DNA of 64,000 bases, from assembly GCA_020184695.1 (NCBI GenBank), contig JAANOX010000186.1:1-64000 (forward strand). Direction: 5' to 3'. The DNA is from Histomonas meleagridis 2922-C6/04-290x (Eukaryota; Protista; Parabasalia). Below are positions 1 to 10,787 of this stretch, in pieces (position 1 is the first letter of the stretch; every line of letters starts with the position of its first letter). The translations under genes and the position numbers were made by a program. The notes below the pieces were generated by a model that was not told where the DNA came from, made no database searches, and saw nothing but the letters and a program-made list of their open reading frames with translations.

Positions 1-67
1 GGTGGCCATAGCCGTTCATTGTTTTTCCGACGCCACCATCTCCTACAAGGACAAGTTTTGCCTGCAT
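1..67 (-). CDS. 5' end of a Ras-superfamily small GTPase (runs off window edge)
   Basis: Minus strand from ATG at 67 reads MQAKLVLVGDGGVGKT (G1/P-loop), preceded by TCATTTTCATTT Inr-like motifs. Residues after the P-loop (MNGYGH) are atypical; the gene cannot be evaluated further. Confidence 0.7.
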   Translation of the reverse strand, partial: MQAKLVLVGDGGVGKTMNGYGH

Positions 68-308
68 AAATGAAAATGATTGACCATGGCAAAACCGCCA
101 CAAAAGGGATGTTTTTTTAATTGACTTGCTTAGTTCGAATTAAGTAAGGTCAAAATCATAGCCGATAGCTGAAATGTTAAACGTATATTTAAATATGCGT
201 TTTAATTTTCCAATTAGATTTGAAATGCATTACATCGTTGTAGCATGTTTTGTATTAAAAAATTCCTTTTTCCTAACAATTAGGAAAAAGAATTTTCAAA
301 AAATTTTA

Positions 309-1400
309 TTAAATATCTATTCGAATTTCTCGAAATAAATCCATTTTTTCATTAAGATTTTTTCTTTGTAAATCCCAATTGGACTTTAATCTCAAGAATT
401 CTCCACTCAAATCTCTATTTTGATTATCCTTATTCACATTATTTATATGTTCTAACTTCTCTAAACATTTTCTCAACTCTTCTTCCATCTGTTTTTCTTT
501 ATCTTTCTCTTGCTTTAAAACATTGATATAATCTGATTCACTTTCGATTTTATCAATATATTTACAAAAAGAATCATTAATTGTTTCTTCATTATTCAAT
601 TCGATTCCAGGAAAATAATTTTCGATTTTCAGTTTTAACTTTTCTGTTTCAATTTTTCTATGATATTTTATTGCATTTTGTACAAATTCTTTCATTTCAT
701 CTATTTTATCATAAAGATTCTCTGCTGTTATATTCGAATGCGCTTTGTTTGGAGTCATCTCGAAAACAGCATCTAAAACTTTTTGCGCTTTGTTCTTTGT
801 ATCATTAAATTTATTTTCTTCATTTTGAAGAATATAATTTAGTTTATTGATTTTCTCTTTATACTTTTTGGTAACGTTAGAATAAGAATTTTGAAGCTGT
901 TGTGTGCAAAGTTTTTTGGCTTTATGAATAATTTTGATTTGTTGTCTTTGCATTTTTTGAACAGAAAAACGGAGTGACTCAATCTCACATGAAAGGTTTT
1001 GAGCTGTAAATTGAAGACTAGAAACAAGTTCATTTGGAATAAGATCTTGTTGAAAATTTTCTTCTTCAAGAGAGGATAATTTATTTCTAAGAATTTTATT
1101 TTCAAGGCCATACCTCTGTATTTCTTTCTCCGTTTTGTTTCGAAAAGAAATTAAATCGTTTTCTATAAAATTTTTCTCTTCGTTGATATTATCCAACTTA
1201 GAAATTAACTTTTGAATATATTTTTCTTTTTCGTTTTTGAGAGATTTTTGAAGAATATCGATTAATTGTGTGGAAACAAAAGATGGATCGATATGAAATT
1301 TTTTATTTTGAGCATTAATTTTTGAATTGACAATACTTTCAGTAGATGTTTTTAGATATTGGGTTATAGATTCATATTCTTCGCTATTATATTTTTTCAT
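309..1400 (-). CDS. Coiled-coil protein of unknown function
   Basis: Long E/K/Q/N-rich helical ORF. The likely ATG is at 1400 (MKKYNSEE); the track extends it to 1514. Divergent from the cyclin. Confidence 0.7.
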   Translation of the reverse strand: MKKYNSEEYESITQYLKTSTESIVNSKINAQNKKFHIDPSFVSTQLIDILQKSLKNEKEKYIQKLISKLDNINEEKNFIENDLISFRNKTEKEIQRYGLENKILRNKLSSLEEENFQQDLIPNELVSSLQFTAQNLSCEIESLRFSVQKMQRQQIKIIHKAKKLCTQQLQNSYSNVTKKYKEKINKLNYILQNEENKFNDTKNKAQKVLDAVFEMTPNKAHSNITAENLYDKIDEMKEFVQNAIKYHRKIETEKLKLKIENYFPGIELNNEETINDSFCKYIDKIESESDYINVLKQEKDKEKQMEEELRKCLEKLEHINNVNKDNQNRDLSGEFLRLKSNWDLQRKNLNEKMDLFREIRIDI

Positions 1401-1514
1401 AAAATAAAATTGGGCATAAAATATTTTCCCACAATCAGAATGGCAAATATTTGATGCGTTCAGCCAAAAAATCAGATAAAACTTTTGAATACTTGAAGCA
1501 ACTTGCTCATTCAA

Positions 1515-2513
1515 ATGTTCCTATCGGCAAATTTAACGTACAGGACAAATCAAAGAATGACTTCCAAAATGGCAAGACGTCCTTCTTTTTCACCATCACC
1601 TACAAGAGTACATCGCATAAGAAGGCCACTTGCAAGTTTTGAGAACGTATCTCCAAATCATTCAAAAGCATTAAAATTTCAATCATTTACGCCAAAAAAA
1701 ATAAAACCCAAATCATCAAATAACAGACTTTTCAAGGAGTTTTTAAATGCACTTTATCAAAGACAAAAGACAATTGAACCAATTGATTTATCTCAAATTG
1801 GAATAACATCAATTCTCAGATATCATGTTGTGGGATGGATTGGGAAATTATGTTACCACTTTTCTCTCAGAAAATCTGTTTTCTCTTTAGCTGTTGCAAT
1901 TTTTGATCATTCCTTACTTAAAATTAATGCTAATACAAAATGCATTCAACTTTATGCAGCTACATGTTTATGGATTTCATCAAAATATATATGTCCATCA
2001 CTTGTTAATGCAATAGATTTAATTGGTGAATGTGATGGTGAGTTTACAACGCATGATTTTACTAAATGCGAAACAGAAATTCTTGATGCTTTAAATTATA
2101 ATATTTCACTTCCAAACGAATGGGAATTTGTAGAAATAATTGAAGATAACATTGGTTATGATCAAACATTATTTCATTTAATATTTACATTAAGTGAAAT
2201 ATTATTTCAATTTTCTTCTTTTCTTAAATATAATCCTTCAACAGTTGCCTTAAGTATTCTGATATACTCTTTAAATTGTATTAATAAACCAATTAATCAT
2301 GAAATAGTAAAACATCTTATCATAAATGAAAATCCAAAAACTTTATACATGTGTATTGAAGAATTAAATAAAGTTGTAATAGATTTAGTTTCAAAAAAGA
2401 AGCACACATTTCTTGAAGAAACAGGAGGTAATTTGTATCAACAAGCAATTGAATTGCTGAAGACAGCATTACTTCCTAATATCGAAACATTTTTATCTTT
2501 GTTTAGCGCTTAA
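1515..2513 (+). CDS. Cyclin (A/B-like cyclin box) with destruction box
   Basis: Cyclin-box features (R..VVGWI, LAVAIFD, IQLYAATCLWISSKY, ETEILDALNYNI) and RRPLASFEN = RxxLxxxxN. Start is ATG 1515 (after TCATT) or 1557. Confidence 0.85.
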   Translation: MFLSANLTYRTNQRMTSKMARRPSFSPSPTRVHRIRRPLASFENVSPNHSKALKFQSFTPKKIKPKSSNNRLFKEFLNALYQRQKTIEPIDLSQIGITSILRYHVVGWIGKLCYHFSLRKSVFSLAVAIFDHSLLKINANTKCIQLYAATCLWISSKYICPSLVNAIDLIGECDGEFTTHDFTKCETEILDALNYNISLPNEWEFVEIIEDNIGYDQTLFHLIFTLSEILFQFSSFLKYNPSTVALSILIYSLNCINKPINHEIVKHLIINENPKTLYMCIEELNKVVIDLVSKKKHTFLEETGGNLYQQAIELLKTALLPNIETFLSLFSA

Positions 2514-2586
2514 TAAACATTCATGTAATTAAAAAAAAAAAAAATTTTGAACTATGTAAAAAAAAAGTTTAAATTTATTTGTTTAT

Positions 2587-3786
2587 TTAATCTTTTGGTT
2601 GTTTCGAAGGTCTTTCAATTAACTCATTTAACTCTTGCATTGGTGTCTTAAAAGCTATAAAAGAACTCCTGCCTTATTCTCTATGTTTATATTTATTCCT
2701 TTAGTTTTAAGAAGTGTTTTAATGATTTCCATCATTTTCTTCTTTGCAGCGTAATGAAGAGGAGTTCTAAAACCAAGAAATGAATTCCTTCATTATCTTG
2801 AATGTTTGGATTAATCCTTTCATCATTTAAAAGTAACTGTGCACAATAAACTTGTTTTTCTTTAATCGCAAAATGTATTGCGGCCATTCCATCATCATTT
2901 TGTAAGTTAACATTAATATCCGGAATTTCTAATAAGAACTTTGTTAATGCAGCTTTTCCATATGCGGCACTTCTCATTAGAGGAGACATTCCATCACTTT
3001 GAACTTCATTAACTGGTCCGCCAAGGAATAGTTCAACAATTTTATATTCGCCTTGAATCGCGGCATATGTAATTGGCAATTTTCCATAAAATTTACAAAA
3101 GAAACATTTTAACAAAAGAATAAATATCTTTAATTTCAGTATCAATTCGACCTTTTTGACTTAAAAGGATTTGGCAAATTTCGTAATTACCATTACCCGC
3201 TGCTAAATGAAGTGCTGTTCGAAAAATTTTAATGAAATTCCAAAAAATTAATAGAAATATCTCGGTCTTTAGCATTAAGATCTATTTTGGTTTCACTTAC
3301 AAGAAACTTCGCGGCTTCAACAAAACCATCAAATGCTGCATGGTGAAGATATGTGGTATTATAAAAGTCTTTGTCATCGATATTAATGTATTTTAATTGA
3401 AGAAGTTTCTTAAATGTTTCTAAATTATGGCTTTTAAGAGCTGCTTGGCCACATCCTTTGATTTCAAAACCTAACTCTTTTAATAGGTCTAATATTTCGA
3501 TTTTGCCTGCATATGAAGCATAATAAGAAGCTGTAAATCCTTCATCATCTGCATTGTTTTTATCACATCCAAGAGAAACAAGGAGACGGATGCATTTCGT
3601 AGAACCATAAAATGATGCTGCGCATATTAATGGAACACCATTCTTCATGATTTCTGGTTCACAATCTAATTCAGGTGGAAAAGGTACATCAACTGAAATT
3701 CCACTTTCTATTTTGCTTTTTAATGAAACATCATCATCTGTTTTTATAATGTTTAGTATTTCTTCTACAAGTTTTGTATCCGACAT
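2587..3786 (-). CDS. Ankyrin-repeat protein (~365 aa) interrupted by six 17-nt non-canonical inserts
   Basis: Three track ORFs (3229-3786, 3093-3275, 2732-3145) plus a 3' tail join into one frame (1200-102=1098 nt, stop TAA 2589-2587). The joins give KDRD-G-RTALH, KD-N-YGKLP, QDNEG-RTPLH and ENKAG-KTPM. Confidence 0.85.
2650..3258 (-). other. Six 17-nt intron-like inserts and two 3-nt micro-exons
   Basis: Inserts at 3258-3242, 3238-3222, 3125-3109, 3105-3089, 2785-2769 and 2666-2650. Micro-exons GGA (3241-3239) and AAT (3108-3106). Boundaries are inferred from ankyrin consensus and may slide by 1-2 nt. Confidence 0.8.
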
Positions 3787-4161
3787 TTAATAAAATTTTG
3801 TCCGAACATCCAATATCATTCAAATTAAGTCAGGTACTTGGTTCAAGTTACTGCAGCACCTGATTTTTTTTATTTTTTGAAAAAATTTATCATTTTATTC
3901 AATAATAAAAGATAAATAATATAGCAAAGGATAGTAGTTTATTTCATTTTATCTTTCTTGAATTTAAATTACATTTTATTTATAATTTTTGATATCAATT
4001 TGAAAATATCTCAAATTTGTAATTTTTTTTGAAAAGTTAAATTCATGCATAACCTCTAAGAAAACCACGCTAATAATTTATCCTTAAAATGATTATAATC
4101 ACATATCTCTTTGATGAAATAATTATAAAAAATTGACTGGGTTTGTCAAATACAAAAAACA

Positions 4162-6543
4162 ATGGATCTTATTTGGCCTCCAGAAACTCGAGGGTGGATA
4201 GAAATTGGAACTAACAAATACCAGAAGTATTCACTTTATGATTTTAATGAACCAGAATTCGAAAATCCTTCGAACGTTTTCCTACCAGGTCAAAATGGCG
4301 GAATGCTCCTTCTTTTTAAAGCATCAAATTATGGGAAAGTAGCTGTTTTTTCCAATTCAGGAAGTCCACTTATATCAACAACAAACATTCAGATTCATTC
4401 ACCACTTGCTGCATTTTGGTGTTTAAATGGATACGTTGGTTTCTTAGGATACAATGGTGAGGTATCTATTATTACTCTTAGTGGTGAATTATATAAAGTT
4501 ATTGAACCACCAGCACCTAATATTACTGTTTTATTACAATTTTCTTTTCTAGGTGGTGTTGCATTTTATGCAGATAATGAATCATTCTATGTATTTGATT
4601 CAGCATATTATGGCTTTACACCACTTTCTATGGGAAAGTTAACAACAAATGATACAAATGTCTCACTTATTGGATATAACAACGGTAACGGATACATTGT
4701 TTATGGAACCGAAATGTATCATGTTACTGAAAGCTCATCAAAACTATTGGGCAATCTCCCGTTCACTCCATACTTCATGTACGTATCGTCTAACGGTCAA
4801 CTTGTATCGGTAACCGATGGCAAATCCTTATGTACATTATCATTAGACCCAAGTATTAATTTTAAAGTCATATCAACTACAGAAGCTATTACATCTGTTG
4901 CTTTTGTTGATGATTCTACAGTCTCTTTTGTTTCTGGTGGCAAATTATACTTTTTCCAAAATGGTCGAGATCCACAACGAATTAGTGATCAAAGAGTGTT
5001 CTTTTTAGTCCAAGACAAGAACTCTATTCGCGTTTTCCAACAAACTAATCCCACACGTAATGAGCTGGTTGTCATTACGCAGATCCATCAATCAATATCA
5101 ACATTATTCCAAAAATCCATATCAGAAAACCTTGAGAAGCTATACAATGCCAAGCTTTACTTTGATAATGAGAACATTGAAAGTTATAAATTACTTGAAG
5201 AAATCAAATCTTCATTATCCACTTTAATAGAGTCCATATTAGCAGCAGCGCCACATATACTTGATGTTAATGTATGTGAGCGCTTATTTGTATTATCATC
5301 ATTTGCCAAATATCAAGTTCCATCATTTGATCATAATCGTTTTGCGTCAACACTTCAAGACATTCGAGTCCTTAACACATTACATTTATTTAAATATGGG
5401 TTCACTACACTTTCCACTGATTTTTACAATATGGACAAAAACGAATTCTTGTCAAACTTAGTCCAAATCCAATACTATGAGTTAGCAAATTCGTTTGCGA
5501 AGATATATAACTTAGATCAATCGATTATTGCCGAAAATTGGGCTCAAGTCATGTTAAAAGAAAATCGTGATCGCGAAATCGATTTAATACTTAAGAAAGT
5601 ATCTGCGTATCCGAACGTTGACTTTTTACACTTAGCGAAGATCTCAAAGAAGTATTCATTATCTGACGAATCCATTAAGAAGATAGTTAATCGAGTTCGT
5701 GATCCTGTTGATCGCATGAACTTTTTATTATATGAATTACGGTCTGATAAAGAAGCTATTTCAGATGCAATACAAAGTCGAGATGGCAATGCATTGATTA
5801 TTTATATGTACACGAAGAAGATGACGATGTCATATAATCTTTTTGGTAATTTGTTAGGAAGTTATTCTCAATTAGCAGATTTATATTCAGTTATTAAGCA
5901 ACAACAAGAAAGGCCTAAGCCAATGTATGAACAAATACTTCAAATTCCAGATTATCCGATAATGAAAGGGTTTTTCCTTGAGTTACTTTATGGTTCTGGT
6001 AGAGCATTTGGAAGTAACTCTAAGAAGATATTAAATGCAATACGAATGATCGATAAGAATAATGTATGGAACTCAATATTACAAACGCAAATGGAGTTGT
6101 TACAATTGTTACAAAAGTTAAATCTCGGTGATGAATCGAAAGATATAAACGTGCCAACACATTCAGCAAGACATTGGATGTCTATAGCTGTCGCACAAAA
6201 TAATGAGTCCGCGTTTAATAAGATATCGAAGTTGTATAAAGCAAATGATAGGACTCAGGCGTGGACAAAAATTAAGGCGTTCGAACAATACCAGATATGG
6301 GCAGGGCTAGAGCAAATGGCAAGAAGATCGCAGCCGTTGCCTTGGGAAACTTTCGCTGATGAGTGCTTCAGCTACGGAAGGCAGAAGGAGGCGATGACAT
6401 TCGTGGACAAAATGCAAAATAATGAAAATAAGGTCAACTTGCTGATACAAAATAAATGTTTCGATAAGGCGGCGGCAGTGGCAAAGTCAATGAAAAACGA
6501 ACAGCTTTATAACGAAGTAATGTATAGGGCAAATCTTTCATAA
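4162..6543 (+). CDS. VPS16: Vps16-like HOPS/CORVET subunit
   Basis: 793 aa. N-terminal W..ig..yqK..LY pattern with a beta-propeller-like region; C-terminal alpha-solenoid ending WTKIKAFE..QIWAGLEQMA..PLPWETFADEC, typical of Vps16_C. Confidence 0.8.
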   Translation: MDLIWPPETRGWIEIGTNKYQKYSLYDFNEPEFENPSNVFLPGQNGGMLLLFKASNYGKVAVFSNSGSPLISTTNIQIHSPLAAFWCLNGYVGFLGYNGEVSIITLSGELYKVIEPPAPNITVLLQFSFLGGVAFYADNESFYVFDSAYYGFTPLSMGKLTTNDTNVSLIGYNNGNGYIVYGTEMYHVTESSSKLLGNLPFTPYFMYVSSNGQLVSVTDGKSLCTLSLDPSINFKVISTTEAITSVAFVDDSTVSFVSGGKLYFFQNGRDPQRISDQRVFFLVQDKNSIRVFQQTNPTRNELVVITQIHQSISTLFQKSISENLEKLYNAKLYFDNENIESYKLLEEIKSSLSTLIESILAAAPHILDVNVCERLFVLSSFAKYQVPSFDHNRFASTLQDIRVLNTLHLFKYGFTTLSTDFYNMDKNEFLSNLVQIQYYELANSFAKIYNLDQSIIAENWAQVMLKENRDREIDLILKKVSAYPNVDFLHLAKISKKYSLSDESIKKIVNRVRDPVDRMNFLLYELRSDKEAISDAIQSRDGNALIIYMYTKKMTMSYNLFGNLLGSYSQLADLYSVIKQQQERPKPMYEQILQIPDYPIMKGFFLELLYGSGRAFGSNSKKILNAIRMIDKNNVWNSILQTQMELLQLLQKLNLGDESKDINVPTHSARHWMSIAVAQNNESAFNKISKLYKANDRTQAWTKIKAFEQYQIWAGLEQMARRSQPLPWETFADECFSYGRQKEAMTFVDKMQNNENKVNLLIQNKCFDKAAAVAKSMKNEQLYNEVMYRANLS

Positions 6544-7050
6544 ATAGTCATTATAAAATAAATTTTAACATTAATAAAGACAAAATAATGGACTGCAGTG
6601 AAAAACATGTAGACCGACACCTTAATATAGCCCGTGTCTACACTGTAGTTTATATATAAAGAACATATTTAATAATTTTTTTCGGTTTAATTTGTAATTT
6701 TCTGGAAAATATTCGAATTTTTCACTCACTTCACTAAGGAAAAAGTTAACACGAAAAAATCTTTTTCTCGATTTTCTTTTTATATTTTAATCAACCCATA
6801 TTTTTGGGACTGGATATTTGTTAAAATTTTTATTTGCTAACAAACTATATAAAAATTGATGATCACCAATTTGGATTTCCCTTTACGTTTTCCTATCTTG
6901 CAACTTTTTTTTCATTTGGTATGAGCACGTTTGTCCATTAGGGTGCGCCGAATTTTGTGTTGATTTTTGGTCGGACAAAATTTATATTGAAATGTACGAT
7001 AGAAGGACGTTTGTTATTAACGTATTTTGTTAAACAGAAATAAAAATCAA

Positions 7051-8337
7051 ATGAACAACAGTAGGAAAATGATTAAACGAAGATTAAAGCCAAAAGTTAT
7101 TTTAGTTCCACGAAAGAAAAAGGTTGAAGAAGGAAATAAAAAAACATTGGAACATGCATATGCAGCATTACAAGTAAAAACATCAGAAAGAACAAAACAG
7201 GATGTTGATACTATCATGGAAATTGTTGGTAAATGGCCTGATTTTGTTAGATTTATTCATACAGAACAAGAACGTCGTGAAGTTTGTCGATGTATGACAG
7301 GAGAAGAAAAAAAAGGAAATACAATTTTATTTAAACAAGGCGATGATCCAGATGGTTGGTATCTTGTTTTTTCAGGTCTTTGTTCAGTTTATATTATGTG
7401 GGGTGATGAATCTAAACATGCAATGATTCCTCCTGCACATTTATCATTACTTCGATCAGCCTTAGGTGCAGATAAAAATTTCTTCTGTGTTGCTAAAAAG
7501 CATCCCACACAAGAATTTGGTAGTACAGCTCTTACAAATAACGATGTTCGTAATGCAACAATAATTATTGATGAACCATCATATTTACTTCGAGTTGACC
7601 CACAACTTTACAGAGATACTGCAGCGTGGTTTGATCGCCAACTTCTTGAGAAGAAAGCAGCACTTTTATCCCACATTCCACAATTTCAATTTCTTCGATC
7701 TTTACCAGAACAAACGCAAATATTCACTCGCCTTGCGGAGAACATGAAAGAACATCATTTTTTAGCCGGCGATACCATTGGTCGAGAAACGATTGTTGAA
7801 GGATTCTTTGTTGTTGAGGAAGGACTTTTAGCTAAACAACGCGTTGTAGACTTTTCCACATACAAAGAGTCAAATAAACCAAATCAGAATGATAATAACT
7901 TCTCTATTCCAATTAAAATTCCAAAAGGTAAACATTCTGTGCGTGTTGCTAATTATGGTCCAAAAACAATGTTTCCTGATCCAAATCTAAAAGATTACGT
8001 TCCATATCCTTTCACAATTACTGTCATTGAACCTGCAATAACATTCGAATTGAAGTTATCAGATTTGTCATCATTGTTATTAACTACACAGATCCAAAAG
8101 ATAAAAGAATCAATCAGAAATGAACCGACTGATTCTGAAGTGATTCAGATGTGGATACAGAAGCAACAAGCGATTCAATGGAAATTGTTTAAACATAAAT
8201 GTGTGAAAGAAGCACGAAAAACAATTAAAGTTGAGAAAGATATTTCTAATGGAATGTTTGCGGTGAGGAAAAGTGGGCCGCCAAAGCCAATCAAGAATCG
8301 ATCTTTACCTGCATTCACAAAGAAATCATATGCATGA
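7051..8337 (+). CDS. Cyclic-nucleotide-binding domain protein (two CNB-like domains)
   Basis: LFKQGDDPDGWYLVFSG...EFGSTAL...RNATI matches a CNB fold; a second degenerate domain follows. The first ATG is 7051 (the track start is TTG). Confidence 0.8.
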   Translation: MNNSRKMIKRRLKPKVILVPRKKKVEEGNKKTLEHAYAALQVKTSERTKQDVDTIMEIVGKWPDFVRFIHTEQERREVCRCMTGEEKKGNTILFKQGDDPDGWYLVFSGLCSVYIMWGDESKHAMIPPAHLSLLRSALGADKNFFCVAKKHPTQEFGSTALTNNDVRNATIIIDEPSYLLRVDPQLYRDTAAWFDRQLLEKKAALLSHIPQFQFLRSLPEQTQIFTRLAENMKEHHFLAGDTIGRETIVEGFFVVEEGLLAKQRVVDFSTYKESNKPNQNDNNFSIPIKIPKGKHSVRVANYGPKTMFPDPNLKDYVPYPFTITVIEPAITFELKLSDLSSLLLTTQIQKIKESIRNEPTDSEVIQMWIQKQQAIQWKLFKHKCVKEARKTIKVEKDISNGMFAVRKSGPPKPIKNRSLPAFTKKSYA

Positions 8338-8807
8338 ATTGTATTTAATAAATGTTTTTATGTTTGAATAAATTTATGTTGAAATACAAAACTGAAAAGG
8401 AAATTGCATTTTTCAATATTTTAGAAAAAAATAGCTTTGAGAGGGGTCAACATAAAAACAACAAATTGTTTTTGCAAAAGCAATTTTTTTACCTCCCATA
8501 AAGAGGAATTTGCCAAGGAGTGAATGCATGTAATCAATTAAATATCTCAAATTTTTTATCTTTTTTGTCATACCTAATATTAGGAAACGAATCTCATGGA
8601 GATTAAAATGGGGGAAGGAGCAAATTTATTATTAAAAAAAGTTTTCCTATATGAATAAAAATTTATAGTAGGTGGGCTTTGAGTATTTTTTGGAATCATT
8701 TCAAAAATCTACGAGACACATAATATCAATAAAGAGTGAGTTAATCCTTTCTTTATGATTTTAAAAATTAATTTTTTGCAGCAAAAAAGTGCCAAAAATT
8801 AACAGCA

Positions 8808-10127
8808 ATGAACATATTTTTACTTTTAGCATATACAGTTGATAAAATTAGAGGAATAAGCCCATTAAATGCAGGACAATATAGGCGTTCTATAAGTTTT
8901 AGAAAGAATCAATTTACATGTTTTGATAAATCAAAAGTTATTTCGTTAGACAGATTGAATGATGGATATTGCGATTGTCCAGATGGGTCAGATGAACCTG
9001 GTACAAATGCATGTGGAAATGGAGAATTTTATTGTGAAAACAAAGGTTCAACGCCAAAATTAATACCAAAATGGATGGTTGGTGATGGTATTTGCGATTG
9101 CTGTGATGGGTCTGATGAGGCTGATAATCCAGACGTCAAATGTGAAAATCTTTGTGTTTCATTTCGAAAGAAATCAATTGAATTACGTTCCAATTTAACA
9201 TCAATTACTGAAGAAGGCTCTAAGCTCCATCAAAAATATGCTAATCGAGGTCGCTTAGAACTATCTATACGTCGAAATCATTTCAAATTATTTGAACAAC
9301 AAAAATCTTTAATTAAGAAAGCCACAAATCTTATTAATTCCTTATTCTTAGAAGTTAAGTCTGGACACAAATCAGAATCTCTTCTTTCACAACTTAACAT
9401 GACAATTGATAATATCGAGTCAGGTTTTAATGAATATGATAACATTGAAAAAAACATTCGGAAAGGCACTCGTAAAATTCTTCCGAAGGCGCATTATGGA
9501 AAATTCAATCTTCGAAATCGGAAGCAGCGTTACTTTAATGTTGAAAGTTCACCAGTTTTTCTTCCAACACTTTCGTCATTTTTTTCTAAACTTCTGAAAA
9601 GTTATGAAACGATAGTCTCACTTTTTGAGGCGCTTTCGATCGGCACGATTCCATCAAATTACATTAATAACTTTAACAAAATCAGTTCAATCAACAAAAA
9701 ATTATCTAACATTTCATATGAAATTATGGATATTGACTTTGGTCCTGACAAAGAATATGCTCCATTGTATGGTCAATGGTATCTTTATGAAAAGGACAAT
9801 TGGTACATAGAGTTCATTCCATATCAGAATTGTACACGAAGTAATAAGAAAGGAAAAGAAGAATTCGTAATTGGGAAATATGAAAGAAGTGAACCAATGA
9901 AATGGATTTTTGGAGGCGGATCACGCTGCGATGGAAATATTTTATCATCAATGGAAGTACAGCTTCATTGCAGAACAAAGGACAGCATTTTGTCATTTGA
10001 AGAAGTTAAAAAGTGTTTATTTGTATTACACTTCGGAACACCCGCAGCTTGTACAGAGGAATACACAAGATTAATAGATAATATGGACGATGAGGATCTT
10101 AATGAATGGGAAAAATTTGTTTTTTAA
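8808..10127 (+). CDS. Glucosidase II beta subunit (PRKCSH-like)
   Basis: Signal-peptide-like start, two LDLa-like modules (NDGYCDCPDGSDEPGT; GDGICDCCDGSDE), coiled coil, and a C-terminal MRH-like domain (GGSRC...EEVKKCLFVLHFGTPAAC). Confidence 0.88.
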   Translation: MNIFLLLAYTVDKIRGISPLNAGQYRRSISFRKNQFTCFDKSKVISLDRLNDGYCDCPDGSDEPGTNACGNGEFYCENKGSTPKLIPKWMVGDGICDCCDGSDEADNPDVKCENLCVSFRKKSIELRSNLTSITEEGSKLHQKYANRGRLELSIRRNHFKLFEQQKSLIKKATNLINSLFLEVKSGHKSESLLSQLNMTIDNIESGFNEYDNIEKNIRKGTRKILPKAHYGKFNLRNRKQRYFNVESSPVFLPTLSSFFSKLLKSYETIVSLFEALSIGTIPSNYINNFNKISSINKKLSNISYEIMDIDFGPDKEYAPLYGQWYLYEKDNWYIEFIPYQNCTRSNKKGKEEFVIGKYERSEPMKWIFGGGSRCDGNILSSMEVQLHCRTKDSILSFEEVKKCLFVLHFGTPAACTEEYTRLIDNMDDEDLNEWEKFVF

Positions 10128-10434
10128 TAAATTTTGTATATTTATCATGTTTCATATTATGTTTTTATATATTATATTGATTTATAAATAGTATTTATTT
10201 AAAATTATCAATTATTATATTTAATTCCGTATCAAAGTGATATCCTCCCTGATGCAGCATCACGAAGAAGTCGTCGCACAAATTTACAAAACTTTCGACG
10301 TGTGGGAACTGTCATAATGCTGAAATCAAATACTAAACTAGGATCGAAAATGACAGCTTCTGGTTGAATTTTCTGTAAATATATGCCTGCGTATGCTAAT
10401 AACTCGTGTGAGTGCAAAAGGCTCAAAAGATACT
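10075..10434. repeat. Near-identical duplicate of 14253-14613 (GluII-beta 3' end, intergenic, bromodomain-gene 3' end)
   Basis: Direct read-across alignment by eye; only a few substitutions and one indel. Confidence 0.95.
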
Positions 10435-10442
10435 CAGTGTTC

Positions 10443-10701
10443 AATTCCAAAAGGTAAACATTCTGTGCGTGTTGCTAATTATGGTCCAAAAACAATGTTT
10501 CCTGATCCAAATCTAAAAGATTACGTTCCATATCCTTTCACAATTACTGTCATTGAACCTGCAATAACATTCGAATTGAAGTTATCAGATTTGTCATCAT
10601 TGTTATTGACGACACAGATCCAAAAGATAAAAGAATCAATCAGAAATGAACCGACTGATTCAGAAGTGATTCAGATGTGGATACAGAAGCACGAAAAACA
10701 A
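10443..10701 (+). pseudogene. Duplicated internal fragment of the CNB gene
   Basis: Near-identical to 7917-8165, then jumps via AAGCA microhomology to about 8215-8224. This explains track ORF 10393-10713. Confidence 0.9.
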
Positions 10702-10787
10702 ATTTATCTTTAAAGAAGTGATTAATTACATTTATTTAAATAACATAAAATATAATTTTTTCATTTCATCAGAAAAATTAAACATTA

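Noticed and set aside
179-202. 24-bp near-perfect palindrome AAACGTATATTTAAATATGCGTTT
   Set aside because: Short, AT-rich and single-copy; expected by chance.
6608-6642. Hairpin TGTAGAC...GTCTACA after Vps16 (possible small RNA)
   Set aside because: Only a 7-bp stem, with no recognisable tRNA, snoRNA or snRNA motifs.
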